Assembly: GCA_963811605.1 (NCBI GenBank)
Contig: CAWESA010000011.1
Location: 159,698-223,697 of the forward strand
DNA length: 64,000 nt
Reading direction: 5' to 3'
DNA from: an uncultured delta proteobacterium
Lineage (GTDB): Bacteria > Desulfobacterota > Binatia > DP-6
A program made the position numbers and the translations under genes. Position 1 is the first letter of the stretch; each line of letters opens with the position of its first letter. Under the pieces are notes generated by a model that made no database searches, was not told the DNA's origin, and saw only the letters and a program-made list of their open reading frames with translations. Shown here in pieces: positions 39,699 to 50,010 of the stretch.

Positions 39699-40593
39699 TC
39701 ACGCGAGCCCGGTCTGCTCGCGGAAGAACTGGATCACCCGTTGCTCGGCGCGCTTGGTGGGTCCGGCGGGATCGTCGTCCTTCAGGTGGATGGTCAGCAC
39801 CGAGTGGGGAGCGGCACGCGGATCGTGCTGCGCCTGCGCGGGGTCGATCTCGATCGCCTCGAAGCGATCACGCGAAAATGCGCTTGTACGAGTCGAAGCG
39901 GGCATCGGGCACGGCGCGGTCGCCGAAGAAGCGGAGGCCGATCATCGAGAGGTCCTCGTTCTCGAAGCGACGCTTCGCGCAGGCGATCTCGTCCGGGGAG
40001 ACGCCGATCGCCACGCTGCGCCGCGCCCCCAGCGGGAGCGGGAGCGAGGGCTGCGACAGCACCGGCGCCACCACGGCGGGCTCCGTCATCATGGCGAGCG
40101 CGAAGCCGCCGGTGAAACACATGCCGACCGCCCCGACGCCTTTGCCGCCGCACTCGGCATGCGCGCGACGGGCCAGCGCGCGCAGCCAGTCCACGATCGG
40201 ACTCGACTCGTCGGTCGCCCAGGCCTTGAACTCGCGGCTGATGCAGAGTGTTCGGACCAGCGTACCGAGGACGTAGCCGATGCTCACCTCGCGGCCAGGT
40301 TCGCCGAACAAGCTCGGACAGAACGCCGTCATGCCCGCCGCGGCGACCCGGTTGGCGAACCGGATCACGAGCGGGTGCAGCCCCGGCATCTCGTGGATCA
40401 CGATCACCGCGGGGCCGGTCCCCTTGCGATACACGGGCCGCGTCCACGGGCCATCCTGGAACTCGAAGCGCTGGTAGCTCGCCAGCGGATCCGTCCCGGT
40501 CGCTCCGCCCGGCCCGCTCACCGGACCACCTCGCGCCAGGCCAGACGCGGCTGGATCGCGCAGCGGCGGCCGGTACCACGAACCCCGATACAA
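39699..40593 (-). pseudogene. dienelactone hydrolase family protein with a frameshift near its 3' end
   Basis: Main frame ...TGPAVIVIHEMPGLHPLVIRFANRVAAAGMTAFCPSLFG...GKGVGAVGMCFTGGFALAM...DARFDSYKRIFA. The conserved C-terminus (...RDRFEAIEIDPAQAQHDPRAAPHSVLTIHLKDDDPAGPTKRAEQRVIQFFREQ) lies in another frame, ending at 39699. The shift is at about 39880-39905. The N-terminal start is uncertain. Confidence 0.6.
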
Positions 40594-40990
40594 CAGATGG
40601 TCGAGAATCGCGTCACGCGCATCACGTTGGCCCTTTCGACGATCGCCCGGACCTCGGTCGGTCGAGCTCGGGTCCTAGTACGCGGCGTGTACCAGATCAC
40701 CTGGATGAAGTCGTCGCCTCGTCGTCGCCAGGGTGCGCGATGGGCGCGACGAGAGGCAAGTCGATCGTGGTGGCGCGGCGGCATCGTCACCGAGCTGCGC
40801 TCGCCCACTGTCGCCCGGCCCGCGCCGCGACAGCGTCCACCGGACGCGACGGGCTGTCCGGCGGTGGCGACACTCCCCGCGCGTGCGATGCCCGTGCCGG
40901 CGGGAAACGAGTCGCCCGAGCGTTGGCCGCGCTCTTGCTTGGGGGCCGATCGCTGGGCGTCCTGCCGCACGAGACGCCGGGAGGTATGCG

Positions 40991-43060
40991 ATGGCGGAAT
41001 GGAAGGCCGGTACGCGGCGGCGAGCCCGCTCCTGGTGGCTGCTCCTCGGGCTGGTCCTGGTCGCGCCCGGAGTCGCGGCCGGCCAGGCAACCACCGCCGT
41101 CACGGGACAGTTCGTCGTCTACTGGGTGGACGGCTTCTCGGACGGTGGAAGTCACCCGGCATACCGACTGCGCGAGACGGAGAGCGGCCGCAGCCTCGAG
41201 CTGATATTCGGCACGCCGCCCGCCGACCTGCGCAGCGGTGATCGCGTGGTCCTACACGGTGTCGAGTCTCCCGCCGGCGTCCTCCGCGTGGAGCGCTACG
41301 AACCAGCCGGCGCCGTGGCGGGAACCCCCTTCGCTGCCGCAAGCACGCCCGCCCCGCCCAGCGGCGAGCAACGAACGGCGATCCTGCTTCTCAACTTCCT
41401 CGACGCCACCCTCACCTGCACCACGGCCCAGATCGAGGACCGGCTGTTCGCTGCCGCCGACTCGGTCAGCCACGCATACGCGGAGACGTCGTCCGGCCGC
41501 GTCTGGTTCGGCGGAAAGGCGTTCGGCCCCTTCCTGATCAAGGACCGGCGCTCGGAGCACTGCGACCCGTTCGGCTGGGCGGCGCGGGCCGACCTGCTGG
41601 CCGCCACCTCCGGGATCGACCTGCGCTTCTACCCCCGCCGGCTGTACGTGGTCGCGACCAACCCGTCGTGGTCGTGCGGCTGGGGCGGCATCAGCGAGCT
41701 CGGCGTGACGCCCAGCGCATCCGTCGTCGAGGACTATGGCCGGTGCGGCTACGACCACGTCCACGCCCACGAGCTCGGACACGCCCTCGGCATGAGTCAC
41801 GCGGGCATCGACCCGGGCGACGTGGGCGAGCTCGCCGACGAGTACGGCGACGCCTCCGACTTCATGGGCGGGAGCTACCTCCCTCTCAGCCACACCAACG
41901 CCCCGCACAAGTTCCAGATGGGCTGGGTATCTCCCGAGGCGGCGCCCATCGTCGACCATAACGGGCGCTTTCCCCTCCGCCCGCTGGAGACACCGCTCGA
42001 TTCCCCGTGGTGGCCGGCGATGCTGCGCATCGCCCGGCCGGGATCCGAGGCCGCCTATTTCGTGTCGTTCCGTCGTCGCATCGGGTTCGACGCCAACCTC
42101 GACGACGTGTTCAGCGAGCACACCAGCATCCACCGCTGGGGAAACGACGAGGACGGCGGCCGCACGGCGCTCATCCGCACGCTGGGCGACGACGACACGT
42201 TCGCTGGCCCGGGCTTCGTCGTCTCGCAGCTCGATCGCTCGCCGGGCGGGGCCTTCGTCGAGGTGGCGTTCTCGTGCGAGCCGTTCGCTCCGCGCCTCGA
42301 CGCGTCTGCTCCATCACCGGACGGGCGCTCTCGCCTGCACGTCGACCTGGGGATCCGCAACGACGACACCGCCCTGTGTCCGCCCTCCTCGTTCTCGGTC
42401 GACGCCGTCGGACCGCCCGGCTGGTCGGTCACGGCATCCCCGCCGACGCTGGCGATCGGGGCCAAGGCTCGGGCCACCGCGACGCTGCAGATCGAGATGC
42501 CGGCCGGCACTCCGCCCGGGGCCTACGAGCTCACCGTCGCGGTGGCGGGCGCTGCGAGCACGCAGCACGCGCAGGTCGTGGTCCCGGTTCCGGTCAGCAC
42601 CCTGCCAGGCGGAGGGGGCGGGGGCGGTCAGCCCGGCGACGGCGGAGACGGCGGAAGCGGCGGGGGCGACTCCGAGGAGTGCACCGCCGCCTCGATCGCC
42701 CCGCTCGACCGTGCCCGCTGCCTCACCGCCCGGTTGCTCGCCGACGGTCCGTGCGCAGCGGACGGGTTGCGGCACACCGTCGCGGGGCGCCTGCGCAGGG
42801 ACGTCGAGACACTCGACCGTCTGCTCGGGAAGATCGCGCGGGCGAGTCGGCGGCGCGCTCACGTTCTCGCCGGGCGCGCCGCGAGGCTCGCGAACGGCCT
42901 GATGCGCTTCGTGCGCCGGCAGTCGGAGCGGAGGCGGATACCGGCGACATGCGCCAACCCCACGATAGCGACGGTCAATCAGCTTCGGCCGCTGCTTCAG
43001 GGCTTCGGGTCGGGAACGGCGAAGTCGGATCGAAGCGGCCCGGCGGGGTCGGGCGGCTAG
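40991..43060 (+). CDS. secreted zinc metalloprotease, M11 (gametolysin)-like metzincin, with Gly-rich linker and C-terminal helical domain
   Basis: Start MAEWKAG at 40991. Signal peptide WWLLLGLVLVAPGVAAG. Zinc site HAHELGHALGMSH (HExxHxxGxxH). Linker GGGGGGQPGDGGDGGSGGGD. The 775-aa ORF call includes an upstream artefact. Confidence 0.7.
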   Translation: MAEWKAGTRRRARSWWLLLGLVLVAPGVAAGQATTAVTGQFVVYWVDGFSDGGSHPAYRLRETESGRSLELIFGTPPADLRSGDRVVLHGVESPAGVLRVERYEPAGAVAGTPFAAASTPAPPSGEQRTAILLLNFLDATLTCTTAQIEDRLFAAADSVSHAYAETSSGRVWFGGKAFGPFLIKDRRSEHCDPFGWAARADLLAATSGIDLRFYPRRLYVVATNPSWSCGWGGISELGVTPSASVVEDYGRCGYDHVHAHELGHALGMSHAGIDPGDVGELADEYGDASDFMGGSYLPLSHTNAPHKFQMGWVSPEAAPIVDHNGRFPLRPLETPLDSPWWPAMLRIARPGSEAAYFVSFRRRIGFDANLDDVFSEHTSIHRWGNDEDGGRTALIRTLGDDDTFAGPGFVVSQLDRSPGGAFVEVAFSCEPFAPRLDASAPSPDGRSRLHVDLGIRNDDTALCPPSSFSVDAVGPPGWSVTASPPTLAIGAKARATATLQIEMPAGTPPGAYELTVAVAGAASTQHAQVVVPVPVSTLPGGGGGGGQPGDGGDGGSGGGDSEECTAASIAPLDRARCLTARLLADGPCAADGLRHTVAGRLRRDVETLDRLLGKIARASRRRAHVLAGRAARLANGLMRFVRRQSERRRIPATCANPTIATVNQLRPLLQGFGSGTAKSDRSGPAGSGG

Positions 43061-44283
43061 CTGCGTGGCACGGCGTGCGCGGGGCTGTCGGGCACGATCG
43101 CGGGGAGCCCGCCCGGGTCGTAGCCGTACTGCGCCACCGCACCCCGCTCCATCCAGCCGGGTGGACCGTAGCGCATCACGCCGTCGCGCAGCGCGACCAG
43201 CACGGGATGCTTCCAGAGACCCACGCGCCCCCACCAACGAGACATCCGCACCAGCTGCGCGGTGCGCCGCGAGCGATGCTCGTGAAAGCGTGTGAACGCG
43301 TCCTCGCAGTCTCGGGCCTCGACGACGGAGCGCGCCAGCACGATCGCGTCTTCGATCGCCATGCAGGCGCCCTGGCCGAGATTGGGCGTCGTCGGATGCG
43401 CCGCATCGCCGAGCAGGACGGCCCGTCCGCGATGCCATCGTGCGGCTGGCTTTCGATCGAAGATGTCGTTCTGCAGGATGCAGCGCTCCGGCGTCCTGGC
43501 GATGATCTCGGGAATGTCGAACGCCCAGCCCGCGAATGCCTCTTCGAGATAGGTGCGCCTCCCGGGCTGCGGGATGTCCGTCCCTCGAGCGAGCGGGGCC
43601 GTGGCCCACCAGTAGACGCGTCCCGTGCCCAGGTCATAGTAGGCGGCACGCCGCCCGGCACCGAACAGCTCGCGACTGGTCTCGGGCCGCTTCAAGGTGA
43701 AGTCGCTGATGCCGCGGAAGATCGTCTCGCCCGCGTAGCGCGGTGGACCGTCGCCGAGCACTCGCCCGCGAACCACGGAGTGCAAGCCATCGGCGCCGAC
43801 CAGGAGGTCGCCCGCGATCGCCGTCGATTGGTCTCGCAGGCGCACCCGCACCTCGCCGCTCGTCTCCTCCATCGAGACGACCTCGGAGCCCGTCCGAATC
43901 GCATGCCGCGGCACGCGGGCGGCCAGCGCGGCGTGGAGCGCGCCGCGATGGAGCACGTATCCCGGGCACCCTACCCGTTCGAAGATCCGCGTGAAGCTCA
44001 CCTCCGCAAGCTCCTGGCCGCGGCTCGAGCACACGACGAACCGGCGAAACGGCGCCCCACGCGCGAACAGCTCCTCGCCGACGCCGAGCGTTCCGAGGGC
44101 TCGAACCGCCCCGGGCAACACACCCAGGCCCGATCCGACCTCGCCGAGCTCCGGAGCGCGTTCGAGCAGGACGAACGGCAGACGGAGCCGTGCCAGGGCC
44201 GCGGCGAACGCCATGCCGCCGATGCCACCGCCGACGATGATGATCCGCCCGGGGTTCACGGGAAGCCCCCGGTCGGCCGCCAC
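43057..44283 (-). CDS. FAD-dependent aromatic-ring monooxygenase (salicylate/2-polyprenyl-phenol hydroxylase-like)
   Basis: RIIIVGGGIGGMAFAAALARLRLPFVLLER (dinucleotide-binding fold). DG motif GADGLHSVVR. RAVLLGDAAHPTTPNLGQGACMAIEDA. Confidence 0.85.
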   Translation of the reverse strand: MAADRGLPVNPGRIIIVGGGIGGMAFAAALARLRLPFVLLERAPELGEVGSGLGVLPGAVRALGTLGVGEELFARGAPFRRFVVCSSRGQELAEVSFTRIFERVGCPGYVLHRGALHAALAARVPRHAIRTGSEVVSMEETSGEVRVRLRDQSTAIAGDLLVGADGLHSVVRGRVLGDGPPRYAGETIFRGISDFTLKRPETSRELFGAGRRAAYYDLGTGRVYWWATAPLARGTDIPQPGRRTYLEEAFAGWAFDIPEIIARTPERCILQNDIFDRKPAARWHRGRAVLLGDAAHPTTPNLGQGACMAIEDAIVLARSVVEARDCEDAFTRFHEHRSRRTAQLVRMSRWWGRVGLWKHPVLVALRDGVMRYGPPGWMERGAVAQYGYDPGGLPAIVPDSPAHAVPRS

Positions 44284-44440
44284 CCCGAGCGTCCCGACCG
44301 AGCCTCGCGCGCTCGCGGCAGCATCGCCTCCTCATAGTCGTCGACGCGCCGGTCTGGGAAGTCGCCTGGCCGCACGCTACCGGCCTCAGGCGGGAGCATG
44401 TCGCCGGAGCCCCGGCGAGGTGCCCGACCGGAGCGCGCGC

Positions 44441-47400
44441 TCAGACGGAGAGCTCCCGCAGCAGCGCTCTCGCCTCTCGGAGATCGCGGGTGTCGCAAGC
44501 CGCCGGGAACCAGCCGCAGACGTCGCCGAGGTGCCGCCGGGCCTCGTCGGAACGCCGAGAAGCCTCGAGCCAGCGGGCATAGCTGGTGGCCGCCCGCAGC
44601 TCGAGCGAGCGAGCCGTCTGGTGGCGCGCCAGCTCGAGCGCGTCGCGGAAAGCCGCCTCGACCCGTCCCGGATCCGCTCCGCGCCGGACGAGCAGCTCGG
44701 CACGCAGACGATGCAGCTCGGGTTCGAACAGGCGCTCGTCGGTCGCCATGGCGAGGGCCTCCTCCACCGTGGCGGTCGCCTCCTCGATCGCGCCCGCGTC
44801 GGCGTACGCCTGCGCCAGCCAGGAGAGATAGAGACGGTGCGAAACCCGCTGGCCAGTGGCACGGAAGATGGCGAGCCCCTTGCGGAGCTCGTCGAGGGCC
44901 TCCTCGCACCGGCCGTCCTCGGAGAGGGCGGCTCCGCGCACGATCGTCGCCAGGCCAACGAAGAGCGGGAACTGATGCTCGCTGGAGAGCGCGATCAGCG
45001 GGTCGACGTGCTCGAGCGACCGGCGAGGCTCCCGCAGGAAGACGTGGAGTGCGGCCGTGAAGAAACCGGCCCAGGCGACCGCGAGCGGGTTGCGCAGGTG
45101 TTCCGCCAGCTCCAGCGACGCGCGGCTGTGCTCGCGTGCCTCGTCGACGAGCCCGAGCGTCCACGAGTTGACCGTCGCGTAGCTGAGCGCCATGATCCCG
45201 GGATCGGACGGGCTCGCGGGTCGCTCGACCTCCCGGTAGAGGACGACGACCTGGGCGAGGTGTTCTCGTGCCGCCGCCGCGTCGCCGAGCGAGTAATGAT
45301 TGATCCCGTGGGCCAGGTGTCCCCAGACCATCTCGCTGCGCCTCCCGGCCTGATCCGCCGCCACCAGAAGCTCGTCCGCCAGGTCGCGGGCGACGCGCAG
45401 CTCCCCCTGTCCGGCGATCGAGGTCCAGAGACCGAACAGCACCGAGAGGAGCTCGGGCGTGCCGCCGACTCGCCGGGCGAGCTCTCGTGCGCGGGCAAAG
45501 GCGTCGGTCACCTCGCGTGCCCCGTAGCCCTTGGTCGCCGCCAGCGCCTGGCCGAGAAGAATCTGCAGGTTCAGAGCCTGCTGGGGTCGAGCCGGTGCGT
45601 CCGGGAGCATGGCGAGCACCCGCAGCGCCGTCGCGAAGTGACCGGCGGCTTCGCGCAGGGCCGAGCGTGCGACGGCGAGCTCCCCCGCGCGTTGCCACGC
45701 TCGCCAGGCGGTCTCGAGCTCGCTCGCTTCCGTGTAGTGGTGCGCGAGCAGCTCCGGCATCGCCTCCGCGGTCTCCGGGAAGCGCTCGGTCAGGGCGCGG
45801 GCGATGGCTAGGTGCAGCTCACGGCGGCGCCTCTTGAGGAGCGAGCCGTACGCCGCATCGCGGATGAGCGCGTGCTTGAAGACGTAGGTCGCCTCCGGCG
45901 GAAAGCCTCGCGCGTAGAGCAGCTCGGCGGTGGCAAGGCGCGCGAGCGCAGCGTCGAGGTCCGGCATCGGCGATCCGGCGACCGCCTCCAGCAGGCCGTA
46001 CGAGAAGTCGCGCCCGATCGCCGCTCCGATCTGCGCGATCCGTCGCGCCGAGCCGAGGCGGTCCAGGCGCGCTGCCAGCAGATCCTGGAGCGTCGCCGGG
46101 ATCTGGCCCTGCGCCACGCGCCCGATCTCGTCGGTCATGAGGCGCGTCAGCTCTTCCGCGAAGAGCGGTACGCCGTCGCTGCGCGCGACCAGCATCTCCA
46201 CCAGCTCCGGCAGCGCGCTCGTCATCATCTGGCGCACCTGCTGCTGGCTGAGCCGGTCGAGGGTGGCCACCGTGAAGTTCGACCGCGGCGGCCACGTGCA
46301 CCGGAACTCGGGGCGGGCCGTGCACAGCATCAGCACCGGCGCCGTCGCCGCCTGCTGTCCGATGAGCTCGAGAAGCTCGATCGTCGAGGGATCGGCCCAC
46401 ATCAGATCCTCGACGACCAGCACCACCGGTTGGATGGCAGCCGCCCCCAGGAGCCACCTGACCAGCGTCGTCATCAACCGCTGCCGCTGCTGCCCCGGGG
46501 AGCCGACGAGCGTCGGCGAGCGGTCGGGCGGCAACGTGAGGCCGATCAGCTCCGCCACGCACGGCGCTGCCTCGTCCGGATCCAGCCCGGCCGTCGCGAG
46601 CGCGCGGTCGAGCAGCAGGAGCCGCTGATCCGTCGCTTCACCGCACTGCTTGGCGAGTGCCTGCTGGAGCATCTCGATCACACAGAAGAAGGGCGTGTTC
46701 GGGTGATAGGAGGACGCAGCGCACTCGATCCAGGTGTGGTCACGGTCGGCGATGTCACCCCGGAAGACCTCCAGCAGCCGTGACTTGCCGATCCCGGGCT
46801 CGCCACTGATCAGGAACACTTGACCCTCGCCCCCCTGCACGCGCTCCCATCGGCTGAGCAGGAGCGCACGCTCCGCCTCGCGACCGACGAAGGGCGTCAG
46901 CCCGTGCGCGCCGGCGGCCTGCAACCGGCCCCGCGCTCCGCTCGGCTGCAGCACGCGGTAGAGCGCCACGGGCTCCGGGATGCCCCGCAGGACATGGGCG
47001 CCACGCTCCTCCACCAGGAAGAGCCCGGCGACGAGGCGGCGCGTGCTCTCGGTGATCAGGACTTCGTTCGACCCGGCGATCTGCTGGACCCGTGCAGCCA
47101 GGTGAACCGCTTCGCCGAACACATCGGTCTCGTTCCCGCCCCCCTCGCCGATCACCACCTCGCCGGTGTGGACCCCGACCCGGACCGCGAGCTGGACCCC
47201 GTACTGCTTCTCGAGACGCTCGTTGAGCGCCGCCAGCGCGTCGAGGATCGCGATCCCCGCCCGCACGCCGCGTTCCGGGCTGTCATCGTGAACCGTCGGG
47301 TAGCCGAAGTAGGTGAGGAAACCATCTCCCAGAAACCTGGCGATGAAGCCCCCGAAGCGCTCGACGGCCTCCGTGCCGCACCGCTGATACTGTGCGTTGA

Positions 47401-47694
47401 TCGCCTGCCAGTCCTCCGGATCGAGCCGCGCCACCAGCTCCGTCGACCCCACGATGTCGCAGAACAGCACGGTCAGCTGCCGGCGTTCTCCGCCCAGGCG
47501 ATCCGCGGCGGACGCCTCCCCGGGCTCGATCGCTGCCGTGCCGGCGGCGAGCCGCCCGCCGCAGGCGCTGCAGAACTGCGCCTCCGAGCCGTTCGCATGG
47601 CTGCACGTCAGGCAGATCCGCTCCAACCCGACGCCGCAGCCGCTGCAGAAGCGAGCTCCGGCCAGGTTGTCGAAGCTACATGCGGCGCAGCGCA
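44441..47694 (-). CDS. double zinc-ribbon + class III adenylyl/guanylyl cyclase + AAA ATPase + TPR signalling protein
   Basis: GTG start at about 47694 (VRCAACSFDNLAGARFCSGCG...CLTCSHANGSEAQFCSACG). Cyclase homology domain (RRQLTVLFCDIVGSTEL...FLGDGFLTYFGYP...VGVHTGEVVIGE). Walker A FLISGEPGIGKSRLLE. Walker B VVLVVEDLMWAD. Long TPR region. Normal C-terminus ...LLRELSV*. Confidence 0.85.
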
Positions 47695-47807
47695 CGCGGC
47701 GCCCTCCTCCGCGCCCCGCCGGACGTGGGCGGCCCGGACCGCGGGGCCGACGTCGCCACCGGCAGTCTTTGCGAAGCCCGATCGACGCCGGTAAGTGCAC
47801 GAGGCCG

Positions 47808-48665
47808 ATGACGCTCGACGACGCGCGCACACTGGCTTGTCCGGCATGCCGCGGGCCGCTCGAGTTCGAGGGCACGCTCGCCGACGACGAGCTCTCGAGT
47901 GGCGCGCTCTGCTGCACGCGCTGCGTGCGTCGCTGGCCGGTGCGCGACGGTCTGCCGCGTCTGGTCGACGAGGCCCGGGTTCCGCGCGCCGACCGCTTCA
48001 TGCGGGCGCTGTACGACTGGCTCGCCCCGCTGCACGACCCGATCACGCGCGCGCTCTTTCCACCGCTCCAGGGCACGTCGGAGCGCGCCGCGCGCGACGG
48101 ATACATGCCGCGCCTCGCCCTCGGCGATCTCCGCCCTCCCGATGGCGGCGAGCCCCTGCGCGTCCTGGAGGTCGGGGTCGGCGCCGGCGCGAACCTGCCG
48201 CTCCTCGAGCGCGATCTGCCCCGGGACCTCGACGTCGAGCTGTGGGGTCTCGACCTGAGCGATGGGATGCTCGGCCGCTGCCGCCGTCGCCTCGCCCACC
48301 ACCCGGGTCGCCCGATGCGCCTGCTGGTTGCCGACGCGCACGTCCTCCCGTTCCCGGACGCCTCCTTCGACCGCGTCTTCCACGTCGGCGGCATCGGCGG
48401 GTACGGCGACCCGCGCCGGGGCCTGGCGGAGATGGCGCGGGTCGCACGGCCCGACACGCCCATCGTCGTCGTCGACGAGCAGCTCGACCCCGCGCATCGC
48501 GATTCGTCGTTCCACCGCGTGGCGTTCCGTGTGCTCACCTTCTACAGTGCCGCATCGATCAGCCCCGTCGCCCAGCTGCCCCCCGGCGCCACCGCCGTGG
48601 TGTCGGAGCAGGTGAGCCGCTACTATTACTGTCTCACCTTTCGCATGCCGCGGCCCGCGGCGTGA
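47808..48665 (+). CDS. Trm112-like zinc-ribbon + class I SAM-dependent methyltransferase
   Basis: N-terminus MTLDDARTLACPACRGPLEFEG...LCCTRCVRRWPVRDGLPRLV (Trm112 fold). Methyltransferase motif I VLEVGVGAGANL. FHVGGIGGYGD. Confidence 0.8.
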   Translation: MTLDDARTLACPACRGPLEFEGTLADDELSSGALCCTRCVRRWPVRDGLPRLVDEARVPRADRFMRALYDWLAPLHDPITRALFPPLQGTSERAARDGYMPRLALGDLRPPDGGEPLRVLEVGVGAGANLPLLERDLPRDLDVELWGLDLSDGMLGRCRRRLAHHPGRPMRLLVADAHVLPFPDASFDRVFHVGGIGGYGDPRRGLAEMARVARPDTPIVVVDEQLDPAHRDSSFHRVAFRVLTFYSAASISPVAQLPPGATAVVSEQVSRYYYCLTFRMPRPAA

Positions 48666-48679
48666 GAGCCGGCGGTCGT

Positions 48680-49156
48680 TCACGGCGGGCTCGGCGGCGG
48701 CCTGAAGGCTGCCATCAGGTCGGAGACGACCTGGCTGACGGTACAGGATGGCGGGGAAACCGCCGCGCAGGCGAGCACCCCGAGCGTCCTCATCTCGGCG
48801 GCGAGACCGTCGCTGATGCGATCCACCCCCGTGTAGATGCCGCCGAGGAAGATGACGTCGGCGATCTCCTGCGGCGAGAGACCCTCCATCAATCCGCAAT
48901 AGACGTGCAGCGCGAGGTTGAGACCCGCGTCCCGTGAAGCGAGGATCGCGATGAGACAACGCTCGCGGTCCTTCGCCGACATGCTCTCGGCGCTCCCGTC
49001 GTAGAAGGCCTTCCGGATCGCGGCGATGAAGTCGGCCGTCCTGTCGTCGAGGCCCGGTATGCCGCTGCTCAGGAGCCCGACCATGTCCTCCTCGAAGTAC
49101 GCGCGCCGCAGCGTGTCGAGCTGTGCGCTCGAGAGCACGCTATCGATCTTGCCCAT
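48680..49156 (-). CDS. carboxymuconolactone decarboxylase (CMD/AhpD-like) family protein
   Basis: Starts MGKIDSVLSS. The helical CMD-like core is ...CLIAILASRDAGLNLALHVYCGLMEGLSPQEIADVIFLGGIYTGVDR. Confidence 0.55.
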   Translation of the reverse strand: MGKIDSVLSSAQLDTLRRAYFEEDMVGLLSSGIPGLDDRTADFIAAIRKAFYDGSAESMSAKDRERCLIAILASRDAGLNLALHVYCGLMEGLSPQEIADVIFLGGIYTGVDRISDGLAAEMRTLGVLACAAVSPPSCTVSQVVSDLMAAFRPPPSPP

Positions 49157-49182
49157 CCGGATGACCTCCTTCGCCCCCGACC

Positions 49183-50010
49183 TCACTCGGGTCGCAGGAT
49201 GATGTCGAGGAGCCGCAGCGTCATGCCCCCCGTGTAGTCGATGGTCGCTCCGTTGAACCACCCGCCCTCGTCACGCGCAAGGAACCCGACGATGCGGCCG
49301 ACGTCCTCGAACGTGCACGAGCGACCGGCCGGGATCATCTCGCGGACCGACGCCTCGAGCCGCGCGACGCCGGCGGGGCCGAGCATGCGCGCCAGGGCCG
49401 GCGTGACGACGGAGCCGAACTTGAGCAGGTTGACGCGATGGCCGTACGGTCCGAGCTCGAGCGCGAGGTGCCGCACGTACATCTGGAGGGCGGCCTTCGC
49501 CGCCGCGATCAGACCACAGTTGTGGAGCAGGGAGTCGTGCAGGAGGTTGGTCAGCCCGAGGAGCCGGGCCCCCGGCGCGAGGAGGTCGAGCGCGTGGAGC
49601 GCCCGTGCCCAGTACACGAAGGAATGCGCGAGGTAGTTGAACGTCTTCTCGAACTGCCGGGGATGGAGCTCCGCGCCCTCGGTGGCGAGAAAGTGTCCGA
49701 GCGACGCGCCACTCAGCGCGTGCACCATGAGCGCGACGCTGCGAGGCCCGGCCACCTCGCGGAGGCGCGTCGCGCCGGCGAGCGCACCGTCCGCATCGCC
49801 CGCATCGCCGATGTGCATGGCGACCCGGCGGCCGGTGGCACGCACCTCGTCCTCGAGGGCCCTGGCCTCGTCGGCGAAATGACCCCGGTGGATGCCGTAG
49901 ACGTGCAACCCGGGATCACGCGCCACGGCCCGGGCGATGGCCGCGCCGGTGCCGGTCGACGCCCCGAGGATGAGCGCCCACCGTGCGCCGCCGTCCTCAG
50001 GCTGCGTCAT
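49183..50010 (-). CDS. short-chain dehydrogenase/reductase (SDR; enoyl-reductase-like, atypical)
   Basis: ALILGASTGTGAAIARAV (Gly-rich NAD(P)-binding motif). 275 aa. Start MTQPEDGG mapped to 50010. Confidence 0.75.
   Translation of the reverse strand: MTQPEDGGARWALILGASTGTGAAIARAVARDPGLHVYGIHRGHFADEARALEDEVRATGRRVAMHIGDAGDADGALAGATRLREVAGPRSVALMVHALSGASLGHFLATEGAELHPRQFEKTFNYLAHSFVYWARALHALDLLAPGARLLGLTNLLHDSLLHNCGLIAAAKAALQMYVRHLALELGPYGHRVNLLKFGSVVTPALARMLGPAGVARLEASVREMIPAGRSCTFEDVGRIVGFLARDEGGWFNGATIDYTGGMTLRLLDIILRPE

Noticed and set aside
38683-41241. 852-aa plus-strand ORF
   Set aside because: It spans several real genes on both strands (DUF3455, dienelactone hydrolase, metalloprotease start). 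Arg/Pro/Ala-rich with no motifs.
42007-44337. 776-aa plus-strand ORF
   Set aside because: Out-of-frame over the metalloprotease 3' half and antisense to the FAD monooxygenase.
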